From Hadesarchaea archaeon (GTDB lineage: Archaea; Hadarchaeota; Hadarchaeia; Hadarchaeales; WYZ-LMO6), in assembly GCA_029259185.1 (NCBI GenBank), contig JAPDJF010000001.1, positions 9,156 through 73,155 of the forward strand: a DNA stretch of 64,000 nt, read 5' to 3'. The notes below the pieces were generated by a model. It saw only the letters and a list, made by a program, of their open reading frames with translations, ran no database searches and was not told the DNA's origin. This document shows positions 48,060-57,558 of the stretch, one piece after another. How positions within the stretch are numbered: the first letter of the stretch is position 1; each line of letters opens with the position of its first letter. Both the position numbers and the translations under genes were made by a program.

Positions 48060-48293
48060 GTGGGGGAGAGGAAAAGCGAAATGTCGGTCTGTCCAGTCTG
48101 TGGAAAACCGCTTGAAGCGAGAAAAGTGAAGTGTTTCGGTTGTGCCGTTGAGCTCCACAGGGAGTGTGCTAAAAAAACAATGGGTAAGTTCTATTGCAGG
48201 CGGTGTTACAGGGAGGGGAAAAGGCGCGCGCGGTTAGAACGGATGCGGCAGTGGGGGGGTATGGGCAAAAAAGTCCCGCACAAGCTCTGGTAG
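48060..48293 (+). CDS. Small zinc-ribbon protein
   Basis: CPVCGK...CFGC...C..C..CRRC cysteine pairs in a 77-aa basic protein. Confidence 0.3.
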   Translation: MGERKSEMSVCPVCGKPLEARKVKCFGCAVELHRECAKKTMGKFYCRRCYREGKRRARLERMRQWGGMGKKVPHKLW

Positions 48294-48362
48294 GATCCCT
48301 CATCCCCGGTCGCGCATGATGGTTAGGTTGAATAAAGGGTCGAAATCGAGTATAATTATGGT

Positions 48363-48447
48363 GCGAGGGTGGCCGAGCCAGGTCAAAGGCGTAAGCCTTA
48401 GGAGCTTATCCCGTAGGGGTTCGAGGGTTCAAATCCCTCCCCTCGCA
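48363..48447 (+). tRNA. tRNA-Leu (anticodon UAG) with a long variable arm
   Basis: Acceptor GCGAGGG/CCCTCGC. D-arm GCC-AGCCAGGTCAAA-GGC. Anticodon stem TAAGC/GCTTA with loop CUUAGGA. Variable hairpin CCCGTAGGGG. T-arm GAGGG-TTCAAAT-CCCTC. Discriminator A. Confidence 0.75.
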
Positions 48448-48576
48448 CTTCCAAGGAGTAAACTGATCCCAGCAGTCGAACGCCAGTCTTTTCGTGAGTC
48501 AAGAAGCGTTTCCGCACCCAATTTGACTTAGAAGTGGTTCTTGAGGATTTTTTATATGGAATAGACAAAAAGACGA

Positions 48577-48753
48577 ATGATGAGGACCGAAGAAATCGTT
48601 GCACTCGCCGGTATTCTGCTCATCATGCTCGGCATGGTGGGGGGAGGGAGCTCGTATCTCCCTTGGTGGGCTATCTCCATCCTCATTGGAGTATTGCTCC
48701 TGTTGGTAGCGTTTGTACTTACGCGGATGGCCCCCAGATTCGGTGTTCCTTGA
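48577..48753 (+). CDS. Possible 58-aa small membrane protein, below the ORF-track cutoff
   Basis: ATGATG start. The translation MMRTEEIVALAGILLIMLGMVGGGSSYLPWWAISILIGVLLLLVAFVLTRMAPRFGVP contains two hydrophobic helices. Confidence 0.25.
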   Translation: MMRTEEIVALAGILLIMLGMVGGGSSYLPWWAISILIGVLLLLVAFVLTRMAPRFGVP

Positions 48754-48765
48754 GGAGCGACTTGG

Positions 48766-49560
48766 ATGAGGGCGGAAATAGGGATAATAGGGGGAACGGG
48801 AGTTTACGAGTTCGAGGGGATAGCAAATCCAAAATGGAGAGTTGTCAAAACCCCTTACGGCAAGGTGGAGATCCTTCTCGGCTCAGTCGGCTCTCGAAGT
48901 GTGGGGTTTCTCTCCAGACATGGGAGAACTCACAAGTTGCCCCCCCACAAGGTGAATTATCGTGCCAATCTGTGGGCACTGTGGTCGATAGGCGTCCAGA
49001 GGATCCTCGGAATCACCGCGTGTGGTTCTTTGAATCCAGTGTTGAAACCAGGGGAACTGGTGCTACCGGATCAGTTTATAGATTTTACGAAGGGTCGGAT
49101 CCCCAGTTTCTACGAAGGGGGGAGAAAGGGGGTCGTGCATGTGGATGTTACGAACCCGTACTGTCCTGAACTGCGCACATTGGTGGCGGGGGTGGCGAGG
49201 AGGATGGGATTTCGCGTCCACCGAAAAGCGACCTATGTATGCACCGAGGGACCAAGATTCGAAACCGCGGCAGAGATAAGAATGTTCAGGAGACTGGGCG
49301 GGGATCTCGTCGGGATGACGAATGTCCCGGAATGTGTTCTAGCTCGGGAGCTGGAGATGTGCTATGCCGTTATTGGTGTGGTCACGAACTTCGCAGCTGG
49401 TATTTCCAAGACCAAGCTCACCCACACGGAAGTCGTCGAGCGCATGGGGGCGGGAATAAAAAAAATTAAAGGAATAGTTTCGAGTGTTATACCAGAAGTT
49501 CCCAGGGAACGGTCATGTCCGTGTCGGAGAGCTTTAGAAGGGGCCGTGGTAAAGCCATAG
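48766..49560 (+). CDS. mtnP: 5-prime-methylthioadenosine / purine nucleoside phosphorylase
   Basis: IGIIGGTGVYEF, LSRHGRTH, GITACGSLNP and MTNVPE motifs of the PNP/MTAP family are present. Confidence 0.85.
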   Translation: MRAEIGIIGGTGVYEFEGIANPKWRVVKTPYGKVEILLGSVGSRSVGFLSRHGRTHKLPPHKVNYRANLWALWSIGVQRILGITACGSLNPVLKPGELVLPDQFIDFTKGRIPSFYEGGRKGVVHVDVTNPYCPELRTLVAGVARRMGFRVHRKATYVCTEGPRFETAAEIRMFRRLGGDLVGMTNVPECVLARELEMCYAVIGVVTNFAAGISKTKLTHTEVVERMGAGIKKIKGIVSSVIPEVPRERSCPCRRALEGAVVKP

Positions 49561-49611
49561 CTCTCTCCCCGTGAGCATTTCCCCTTCCGTTCGGGTGCGG
49601 GTCTCTCATCT

Positions 49612-49956
49612 TCATTCCTCAAACATATCTTCGTAAAACTCGATAGGTTCCAGCTCGTATTCTTGTTGGATCAGTTTTCTCTTCTTCTTTTCAGATTTTG
49701 TTATGATTGGGATCTCTTTCGGTTCCCCCCCTTTCTCCCTTATTTTGTAGGCCTCCCTACTCCGGACGTTGATCTTGTACCCGCATCGCTTGCACATCAA
49801 TCTGGTAGCTCTCTTCACTTTTTCCGGATACAGGATACTCCCACACTTAGGACAAAACTCCATGTTCTCGCTGTGAGTTGTTAAAGGCAGAGGAGACTTA
49901 TAAGTGTATCGATTGATTTTGGATTTTTTAGCACCTCGTCCACGTTTGGAGGCCAC
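49612..49956 (-). CDS. Zinc-ribbon protein with a Lys-rich acidic C-terminal tail
   Basis: MEFCPKCGSILYPEKVKRATRLMCKRCGYK is a TFIIS/RpoM-like N-terminal ribbon. Function unknown. The start may be the internal Met. Confidence 0.35.
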   Translation of the reverse strand: MASKRGRGAKKSKINRYTYKSPLPLTTHSENMEFCPKCGSILYPEKVKRATRLMCKRCGYKINVRSREAYKIREKGGEPKEIPIITKSEKKKRKLIQQEYELEPIEFYEDMFEE

Positions 49957-49960
49957 GTTT

Positions 49961-51001
49961 TCAAGGGGTTCTTAGGATTTCAGGTATTTTCTTTCTGAAT
50001 GGAGGATAGACGATTCCACGTTCGGTGACTATCGCGGTTACGAGATCCGGAGGGGTAATATCGAAAGCGGGGTTCAGGGTTTTCACTCCTCGGGGAAGCA
50101 CCCTCTTCCCGAATATCTCCTCGATCTCGCGTCGGTCTCTCTCCTCGATCTTCACTTCCCGCACTTCACTTTTAGGATCAAAGGTTGAGAGGGGTGCTAC
50201 CACGTAGAAGGGGATGCGATGGCGCTTGGCCGCCACCGCTATCGTGTACGTACCGATCTTGTTGATCACATGCCCATCCTTCAGGATGCGATCAGCACCC
50301 ACCATCACGAGGTCTACCATCCGGTTGGAGAGGCAATATCCTACCATGTTATCGGTTATCACGGTAACGTTTATTCCATCCCTTTTGAGTTCCCAAGCTG
50401 TGAGCCTCGCCCCCTGCAAAAGGGGTCTGGTTTCGGTGGCTATCACTCGCACTCTCTTTCCTTCCTCTTTTGCCATCCTTACGGCCGCGAGGGCAGTTCC
50501 GTACCCTCCTCCGGTCGCAAGCCACCCGGCGTTACAGTGGGTCAGGACAGTGTCGTTGTCACGTATGAGTTTAGCACCGATCGTTCCGAGAGTCCGGTCA
50601 GTCTCGTCGACTTCTCTCACTATACACTTGACCTCCATGACCACGGCTCTCCGCACTTCTTCCGCGCTTCCCTTGGCTCGTTCGGCAACTCCCACTACAC
50701 GTTCCAAGCGGGTGAACAGGTCAGCGCCAGTTGGTCTCGTGCGTCGAAGTCTGGCAGCAGCTCGTTTGAGGTCTTTAAGTATCTCTCTCTTGGTCTTTCC
50801 TTTAGATCCGAGTGCAGCGATTGCCAATCCCATGGCTCCCGCGATTCCGACCGCTGGAGCACCTCTGATCTTCATCCCTTCGATAGCTCTGGCCACATCT
50901 TCCACCGTCAGGCATTCTAGGGTTTTGAGTCTGTCGGGCAATTTCGTTTGGTCGATCAACACCACTTTTTTCCCTTTGAGTTCTACAGCTCGCATACTCA
51001 A
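49961..51001 (-). CDS. mtnA: Methylthioribose-1-phosphate isomerase / aIF-2B-like protein (ribose-1,5-bisphosphate isomerase family)
   Basis: Length 346 aa. RGAPAVGIAGAMGLA and C-terminal TGADRI motifs of the eIF-2B alpha/beta/delta family are present. It is adjacent to MTAP. Confidence 0.8.
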   Translation of the reverse strand: MSMRAVELKGKKVVLIDQTKLPDRLKTLECLTVEDVARAIEGMKIRGAPAVGIAGAMGLAIAALGSKGKTKREILKDLKRAAARLRRTRPTGADLFTRLERVVGVAERAKGSAEEVRRAVVMEVKCIVREVDETDRTLGTIGAKLIRDNDTVLTHCNAGWLATGGGYGTALAAVRMAKEEGKRVRVIATETRPLLQGARLTAWELKRDGINVTVITDNMVGYCLSNRMVDLVMVGADRILKDGHVINKIGTYTIAVAAKRHRIPFYVVAPLSTFDPKSEVREVKIEERDRREIEEIFGKRVLPRGVKTLNPAFDITPPDLVTAIVTERGIVYPPFRKKIPEILRTP

Positions 51002-51039
51002 GACCCTAAATATTAGTAGGATTACAATTCAATGGTCTT

Positions 51040-52434
51040 ATGCTTGCAGGAATAAAAAAGGCGGCCGAAATCATAAGGAAGCACAGGGGCGACTTGGTTG
51101 AGATCATTTCACACATGGACGCGGATGGTGTTTGTGCAGCGGCTATAATGTCTAGGGCCTTGGATAGGGAGAACGTGGAGCACAGGGTCAAGTTCGTCCG
51201 CATGCTCTACAGGGATGTGGTTGAGAAGCTGGATCCTGCTCCACTCACGATATTCACAGACCTTGGAAGTTCCCAGCTTGAAAATCTTCGGCAAAGCTAT
51301 CGTTCAGCTCGGGTGATAATCTGTGACCACCACCCCCCACAGCGGGTGGATGGGTTGGAGGGTCTGGTTCACCTCAACGCTTACGAGATGGGAATGGACG
51401 GGCTCAAAGAGATAAGTGGGGCTGGTATGGCGTTTCTGCTAGCTAGGGAACTCAATCGAAAGAACTCAGACCTCTCCGCGTTGGCAGTGATCGGGGCGAT
51501 CGGAGATATCCAGAACGCATGGGGGAAGCTCTCGGGTAGTAACCGGGAGATCCTGAATGAAGGAATGAGGGCAAAAGTGCTCGATCGGAGAATAGATCTG
51601 CAGCTATACGGGAGATATACCAAACCTCTATTCCAGAGCTTAGAGAGTTTCTCGGATCCACCAATTGAGGGCGTGACCAATTCTAGTGCTGGTTGTATGG
51701 AGTTGATCCGCTCGCTCGGAATACCTGTGAAAGGGGAAAATGGATGGAGACGGTTGGCGGATCTCAGTGAGCACGAGAGACGTATGTTGGCAACTGAGCT
51801 CATATCACGTGCTCTCTCCAGCGTTCCGGAGGAATTCATCCCATACGTTCCGAATCTGATAGTTGGGGAGTGCTATACGATCCTCGGTGAGGATGAGAAC
51901 TCGGAACTGAGAGACGCTGGGGAGTTCGCTACGTGTCTGAACTCCACCGCTAGACACGAGCAACCACTGATAGGGCTTGAGGTCGCGAAGGGAGATAGGG
52001 GTGCATATTACCGCGCTATGCTTAACCTCCTACACCACCACCGGCGCGCTATAGCGAGGGGGATGGAATTCATAGAAACCGAAGGATTGAAGGTTGGCGA
52101 TGGCGGCTACCTCCAATACTTCGACGCGACGGGTGTGGTGAAAGAGACATTCGTGGGGACTCTCGCCAGTCTTTCCCTCGGCTCCCGAGTGGCGGATCCA
52201 TACAAGCCTGTCGTTGGGACAGTCCGGGAAGGGGGTATGGCGAAGGTCTCAGCGAGGTGCTCAAAACTTCTCTTTTTGAGGGGGCTGGATCTGGCCGCCG
52301 CTATCAAGGAGGCTGCGGAGGAGGTTGGTGGGGAAGGGGGAGGGCACCCCATCGCTTCGGGTGCGCAGGTCGAGGAGGAGAGAATATCCGAGTTCCTCCA
52401 CAGCCTTGAGCAGAACATACTGCGGCAACTCTGA
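51040..52434 (+). CDS. RecJ-like DHH phosphoesterase (archaeal GAN/Cdc45 homolog)
   Basis: DHH-family motifs HMDADG, ICDHH and GAIGDI. The C-terminal region (GGGHPIASGA) is DHHA1-like. Confidence 0.75.
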   Translation: MLAGIKKAAEIIRKHRGDLVEIISHMDADGVCAAAIMSRALDRENVEHRVKFVRMLYRDVVEKLDPAPLTIFTDLGSSQLENLRQSYRSARVIICDHHPPQRVDGLEGLVHLNAYEMGMDGLKEISGAGMAFLLARELNRKNSDLSALAVIGAIGDIQNAWGKLSGSNREILNEGMRAKVLDRRIDLQLYGRYTKPLFQSLESFSDPPIEGVTNSSAGCMELIRSLGIPVKGENGWRRLADLSEHERRMLATELISRALSSVPEEFIPYVPNLIVGECYTILGEDENSELRDAGEFATCLNSTARHEQPLIGLEVAKGDRGAYYRAMLNLLHHHRRAIARGMEFIETEGLKVGDGGYLQYFDATGVVKETFVGTLASLSLGSRVADPYKPVVGTVREGGMAKVSARCSKLLFLRGLDLAAAIKEAAEEVGGEGGGHPIASGAQVEEERISEFLHSLEQNILRQL

Positions 52435-52792
52435 GTTTTCCGTGTACTTTGAGGCCTCTTTCTTGACCACCGCAAGGAGACCCCATCCGAAAGGGCGGGG
52501 AGGGATTGTGACCATTGCCGGCAGGACTTTCGGGCGCGGTCACTCCACCGTGGGTGCTCACGGTAGCACCCCCGGCGGTTCGGATATACCGAGCCGCCTC
52601 AGTCAGGTTCCGACCAGCTTTGCGGCTTTCGCCCGATGCACTTCTATTTCGGAGAGTTGACCGCCAAGCGCGTTTGACGCCTGCTGGGTGGCGTTCTCCG
52701 AAGCCCACGCCCCATACGAAAGAGGCGTGTTGATCTCCTTCGGAACCTAACCGGCCATTGGTTTGTTGTTTCTCCGTAAATATACCGCCTCG

Positions 52793-54556
52793 CTAACCCC
52801 TCCCTTTCGGAAAGGGACTGCGTTCTGCATTGAGTTCACCTCCTTTTCGCCCGTGCTGGGTGCGGTACATCTGCATGATCTCTTCGATGGTGGTTGCCTC
52901 CTCGGGCCTGCGATCTTCCCTTATCCGAATGAACCTCGGGAACCTTAGCCCTACACCTCCAGTGTGCTTTTCGGGTGGACTCAGCTGGATTTCTTCAAAC
53001 GCTACTTCAAAAATTACCTCGGGTTTGAAGTAAGCGTCGCACTCTATTTCGATGTCCACCTCATCCGAGGGCTTCTCGAGCTTGATACGGTTAAAGAACT
53101 CAGTGAGTTCTTTTAGATCTTTGTCCGTGTATCCACTACCACATCGAGTAACAGTCTTATATCTCCCGGTTTTTTCATCTCTGGCTGCGAGTACATAGCT
53201 TCCGAAGGTTCCAGCCCTTTTTCCTTTTCCATAATGTGCTCCCACGACCACAAGGTCGACCGTGTCTACTTCGGGCTTAAGTTTGAGCCAGAGAAACTCC
53301 CTCCTCCCAGCTCGATACGGAGATTCTAGATCTTTCGCAACGAGTCCCTCATGGCCGAGGCTGAGGGAGTGCTTTAGGAACTTCAGGATGTCTTCCTTCT
53401 TCCCGGTTACTATTTTTTCCACTATCATGACCTTGCCGGGAACGGATGTAACGATCTGTTCGAGGATCTCTCTCCTCTCCTTGTAGGGCTTGTCGATAAC
53501 ACTTCTCCCCTCGACCATCAACACGTCGAATAGATATATCTCGATCGGAATTTGTTCAGCGGCTTTCTCTATTCCATACTTCCTTCTTCGCTTTAGCACT
53601 TCTTGGAATGGCATGGGTTTCTGGCGATCTTTGTCCATTGCGACAAGTTCTCCGTCGACTATCACCCTTTTTGGATTCAGGGCCTTACGTATTGGATCCA
53701 CGAGGTCTGGAAACATGGAGGTGTAGTCCTCCATCCTCCGAGTGAAGAGGGTGATCTTATCCTCGTTTTTGTGGGTCTGAATTCTTATCCCATCCAGCTT
53801 TATCTCGAAAGCCGCTTTTCCCCCCATTCGCTCTAGGATCTCGTCCACACTCTCCGCTCGTTGGGCTAGCATAGGACTCACGGGGTGTCCGAGAGTGACG
53901 CCTAGCTTCCTCAGAGTTCCCACCCCTTGCGCCGCCGCTTTCGCTACGATCGCATAGTCGGTGGTGAGCATGTAGGCATGTTCTACGATTTCGGGGGGCA
54001 AGTTGAAGGTTGCCGCTATAGCGTCCCTCATTCTCCCCTCGGCCACCCCTATCCTGAGATCCCCCAGCACGGTTCTAACGATGAACTTTGCCTCGATGGG
54101 GGTGGCGCTCGTCAGGAGTTCTGAAATGAGTGCGATCTTCCGGTCCACCGATCCCTCCCCTGTTACATCGGGGAGAGATTTCACTCTATCGAATACTTTT
54201 TCTACCGTGAGCGGTTCTGAAAAGAGAACGACCTGTTTCCTCCTTTCGGCTAGGAGCTTAGCGACCTCTCCCAGATCCCCGATACGGGCCATCAAGTTTT
54301 CTATCTCTTTTAGTGAGTGACCGGAGGCTGTGCTGATAGCCTTTTTCATTTGTTGGATTCCCACCCCAGTTTCCTTCGAGACATAAGTTGGCCACGGTCT
54401 TCCGAGGAGAAGGTAGACCACACGATCCATTTCTTCCACCGCCGTCCGTTTCAGGAGATCCACGATTATGGCATTTTTCTCCAAGTAACCCGATGCCTGC
54501 TCCAATTTCTCCAGTGCTTCGGCTAAAACTCTGTAGAGCATTCGCCCCACTCCCAA
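52793..54556 (-). CDS. lig: ATP-dependent DNA ligase
   Basis: Adenylation motif KLDGIR (KxDG). Length 587 aa with N-terminal DNA-binding, adenylation and OB domains. Confidence 0.9.
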   Translation of the reverse strand: MGVGRMLYRVLAEALEKLEQASGYLEKNAIIVDLLKRTAVEEMDRVVYLLLGRPWPTYVSKETGVGIQQMKKAISTASGHSLKEIENLMARIGDLGEVAKLLAERRKQVVLFSEPLTVEKVFDRVKSLPDVTGEGSVDRKIALISELLTSATPIEAKFIVRTVLGDLRIGVAEGRMRDAIAATFNLPPEIVEHAYMLTTDYAIVAKAAAQGVGTLRKLGVTLGHPVSPMLAQRAESVDEILERMGGKAAFEIKLDGIRIQTHKNEDKITLFTRRMEDYTSMFPDLVDPIRKALNPKRVIVDGELVAMDKDRQKPMPFQEVLKRRRKYGIEKAAEQIPIEIYLFDVLMVEGRSVIDKPYKERREILEQIVTSVPGKVMIVEKIVTGKKEDILKFLKHSLSLGHEGLVAKDLESPYRAGRREFLWLKLKPEVDTVDLVVVGAHYGKGKRAGTFGSYVLAARDEKTGRYKTVTRCGSGYTDKDLKELTEFFNRIKLEKPSDEVDIEIECDAYFKPEVIFEVAFEEIQLSPPEKHTGGVGLRFPRFIRIREDRRPEEATTIEEIMQMYRTQHGRKGGELNAERSPFPKGRG

Positions 54557-54649
54557 CTAAGTATCGCCCTCTAACTATTTTCACTTTCCCGAGCCGTAAC
54601 ATCCGGAAAGCATATTAACGTAGCTATCTTAAAGAGAGTAGGGCTGGGG

Positions 54650-55519
54650 GTGGGGGGAAGGGAGAAAAGGATGAGACCCCCTAAGGCCCTCTTGGAAAGC
54701 GCATTGGACTTGGCGTCCAAGGTTAAGGCGAAAGCTTTGCTAGTGTTAGCTTCGACTGAGCAAGACTTGGTTCCTCTTCTTTCAGAAAATGGATTAAAGC
54801 TTGTGGTTGCGACGACAGACGACCACCTCTACCGAGAATTGAAAAAGGTCGTTGACGGTGGGGCACTTAAGCTCACGTTTTTGCCCCGGGGACGGGAGAA
54901 GAAGATCGTACACGCGGTTTCGTGCGGGCTGAGCGAAGGGTTGTTTTCAGAGGGGGATCGGCTGGTGTGTTTGGTTGGGGAGGGTTCCATCTCCTTTGAT
55001 TCCATCTTCGTCCATGAAGTCTCAGGCGGGGAGTCAGTGTTTTCCCTTATTGAATCCCACCCAGTTCACAGGTCGATCGTGGAGCTGGCATTAGAACTCG
55101 GACACCCGAGGGCAGGAGGTCCGGTTGGATCAGCTTTCCTCGTGGGTGATGAAAGGGCCGTGATGAAAAATTCGCGTCAGCTTATGCCCAATCCGTTCAA
55201 AGGTCACAGAATAAGTGTTGTTGATAGGAAGAACTGGGATCTGTTGAGACGATACGCAACCTTCGATGGAGCGTTCGTGGTGAGGGAGGACGGGCGCGTG
55301 TTGGCTGCGATGAGATATCTGGAAGCGAGAGCAGATGTAGGTATCCCAGTGGGGCTGGGGACGCGTCACCGTGCCGTGGCGGCTGCGACATCGGTCACCA
55401 GAGCTATGGGGGTTACGGTTTCTGGTCAGGACGGAGTGGTCAGAGTGTTTAAAGGAGGTGCGTTGGTGGCATGGATTCACCCTCTCACCCGAAGGTTGGA
55501 ATCTCTGGAGAAGACTTAA
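54650..55519 (+). CDS. dacZ: Diadenylate cyclase (DAC domain, archaeal DacZ-type), c-di-AMP synthase
   Basis: DAC signature motifs DGAFVV and GTRHRAVAAATSVT are present. Confidence 0.7.
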   Translation: MGGREKRMRPPKALLESALDLASKVKAKALLVLASTEQDLVPLLSENGLKLVVATTDDHLYRELKKVVDGGALKLTFLPRGREKKIVHAVSCGLSEGLFSEGDRLVCLVGEGSISFDSIFVHEVSGGESVFSLIESHPVHRSIVELALELGHPRAGGPVGSAFLVGDERAVMKNSRQLMPNPFKGHRISVVDRKNWDLLRRYATFDGAFVVREDGRVLAAMRYLEARADVGIPVGLGTRHRAVAAATSVTRAMGVTVSGQDGVVRVFKGGALVAWIHPLTRRLESLEKT

Positions 55520-55595
55520 GGTTCGGCTTGCTTAAGAGTTCAGGAACGGTATTGGCTAGGGGCACATTTTTAGTGGAGTATTCATATCAAGACCG

Positions 55596-56384
55596 ATGGG
55601 ATTCCATCTCGTGGACAAGAAGACAAGAGTGAACTCTGGGAGAAACCGGCCCCAATTTTTCGTTTTAGTGTGTGTCTTGGCACTTGTTTTGGTTTTTATG
55701 GGTCTCATTTTGAGGGTCTTCCATCAAGGGCCCCTGATCGGAGTAGGGGAAGAAATGGTTTATGGGGTATATGTGGGTGGCAACAGGGCCGGCACGATGA
55801 CGTTCTGGGTGGAGGGAACTGAGAGTTTCGATGGTGTAGCTTGTTATGTGGGAAGATATTCGATGATGGTTGGAGATACCGTTCAAGCTGGGAGGATGGT
55901 GTTTGATAAACAGGGCAGACTCAGGCATGCAAAAATCGCTTTGGTGGAGAATCGGAGCCTGAAATGGTCTACGGAGATCGGTTACTCGCGGGCGGTCGGG
56001 GTGATGCGGATCATCTTCGAAGACAATCGGAACCCTGAAAATTATTCTGTGACAGATAACGCGGTGCTGATGCCCGGGGAGACGGTGCTCCCCGCCTACC
56101 TCTGGTATCGGTTACGCATGGAAAATTTGGGTCTCGGCTACCAGCTGGAGTTCTACATAAATGTTCTCCCCCAAGCCACCACACTTGTACCGGCTAGAGT
56201 AGCAGTGCGGGGAGAAGAGAGGGTCGACACCCCAATCGGTCGGTTTGATTGTTGGGTAATCAAAGGAGAGAATACAACGAGTGGATTTTGGATCACGAAA
56301 GATAGGCGTTTGGTGGTGAAGGCGGTGGAAGAGGCGGAGGGGGTGAGCTGGCTATACGTACTTGAAAAACATCGGTTGGATTAA
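55596..56384 (+). CDS. Hypothetical N-terminally membrane-anchored protein downstream of dacZ
   Basis: 262 aa with a single N-terminal TM segment (FFVLVCVLALVLVFMGLIL) and a beta-rich extracellular part. Confidence 0.35.
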   Translation: MGFHLVDKKTRVNSGRNRPQFFVLVCVLALVLVFMGLILRVFHQGPLIGVGEEMVYGVYVGGNRAGTMTFWVEGTESFDGVACYVGRYSMMVGDTVQAGRMVFDKQGRLRHAKIALVENRSLKWSTEIGYSRAVGVMRIIFEDNRNPENYSVTDNAVLMPGETVLPAYLWYRLRMENLGLGYQLEFYINVLPQATTLVPARVAVRGEERVDTPIGRFDCWVIKGENTTSGFWITKDRRLVVKAVEEAEGVSWLYVLEKHRLD

Positions 56385-56422
56385 ATATCAAAAAAAAGAA
56401 GAAATTAGCTCCCGGCGGCGGA

Positions 56423-57403
56423 TCAGGTCGCTATCCAGTAGAAGTCCACAGATATCCGCCAATTCTCCACCGTACTGTTGTATCTCAGCACAACCGTGAA
56501 ATTCTCCTGTGTCACGTTGCTCACCATTAGAACTATCCAGTTCTCCACGTTTTCCGAGGTAATTCTAATGGGTGTGACGACTACAGAGGGTGATGTACCG
56601 AAATTATCTAGGAACGGGATGGTCTTGGTATTTTCATGTAATCCTACAGAATCACCCACTACATTGTCACTAGTGATTGAGTTCTCGCCAGCCTCAACGT
56701 GTCGGGCAACGGTTGGAGGTCCTATCGTTCCCGTTATGTACAGGTTTTCGACTTGGAGGTTATCCAGAACTTTTATGTTGTCTGCATTGGGATATGCGGC
56801 GATATTTTCTACATACAATGTTGATGCTAGTGACGAGTCTCCGCTGACCGAGAGGGAAGATAGCGTAGTTCCACCAGCGCTCAGCGTCCCACTTATCGTA
56901 ACGTTGCCAGTAACAGAGGCGTTCCCTCCGATGCTCAGGTTGTCACCGATCGTTATATTGTCGTTGGCCGTGAGGTTGGTCACGGTGATATCATCGGCCA
57001 GTTGTGTGCTAGTTACCGAGTTTGCTGCGAGTTTACTTCCGGAGATATTGGCATTTGCCGCAATGTCAGCGTTCACGATTGTTCCGTCGAGAATTTTTTC
57101 TGAAGTGATCGCGCCAGCTGCTATATCTGCGGCCACGATCGTTCCATTAACTATCTTGCCACTGGTGATGGATTCGTCCGCGATTTTTGCAGTCGTCACG
57201 GCCGAATCAGCGATTTTTGCAGTCGTCACAGCACCGTTCGCCAAGTGGACGGTCTCTACTGCGCCGGCCCCTATCCCTTCCGTTGATTCCAAGTAAGTCA
57301 CTCTACTCTCGAGAGATGACAATTGCTGGTAGGTGGCGACTCCGAGGGCTGCTATGGCGAGCACTATCGCAACCGAGAGGACTACTATTCTGGGTATTTC
57401 CAT
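56423..57403 (-). CDS. Membrane-anchored protein with phage-tail-fibre-type repeats (Phage_fiber_2-like) and a beta-helix-like region
   Basis: N-terminal TM segment and coiled coil. Tandem repeats GAVTTAKIADSAVTTAKIADESITSGKIVNGTIVAADIAAGAITSEKILDGTIVNADIA, also visible as tandem DNA repeats around 57180-57240. Then an N/T/S-rich repetitive region. Confidence 0.5.
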   Translation of the reverse strand: MEIPRIVVLSVAIVLAIAALGVATYQQLSSLESRVTYLESTEGIGAGAVETVHLANGAVTTAKIADSAVTTAKIADESITSGKIVNGTIVAADIAAGAITSEKILDGTIVNADIAANANISGSKLAANSVTSTQLADDITVTNLTANDNITIGDNLSIGGNASVTGNVTISGTLSAGGTTLSSLSVSGDSSLASTLYVENIAAYPNADNIKVLDNLQVENLYITGTIGPPTVARHVEAGENSITSDNVVGDSVGLHENTKTIPFLDNFGTSPSVVVTPIRITSENVENWIVLMVSNVTQENFTVVLRYNSTVENWRISVDFYWIAT

Positions 57404-57558
57404 TTCATTCCTACCTCCACTTTTGTTGGGTATTTCTATAGCGCCCCTCCTCGGCGCTTCTCCGTTTCAAACAAGGGGGTTAGAGGCACGATTTAAAACT
57501 TTTCATTAGTTTTTTAAAAAGAACAAAAATTTTTTAAAGAAAACGATGGAGGGATTGT

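Noticed and set aside
50214-51101. 295-aa and 233-aa ORFs antisense to mtnA, and similar antisense ORFs opposite glyA, guaA, the S-layer gene, ligase and the fibre-repeat gene
   Set aside because: They are low-complexity, Ser/Pro/Arg/Thr-rich translations typical of the antisense frames of GC-rich archaeal genes. The sense-strand genes have strong family signatures.
52440-52800. Possible RNase P RNA, suggested by GAAAGTCC on the minus strand at about 52520-52530
   Set aside because: The motif would sit near the 3-prime end of the minus-strand RNA rather than in the 5-prime P4 strand, and no CR-V partner (ACAGAA..CCGGCUUA) was found. The region is kept only as an unclassified ncRNA candidate.
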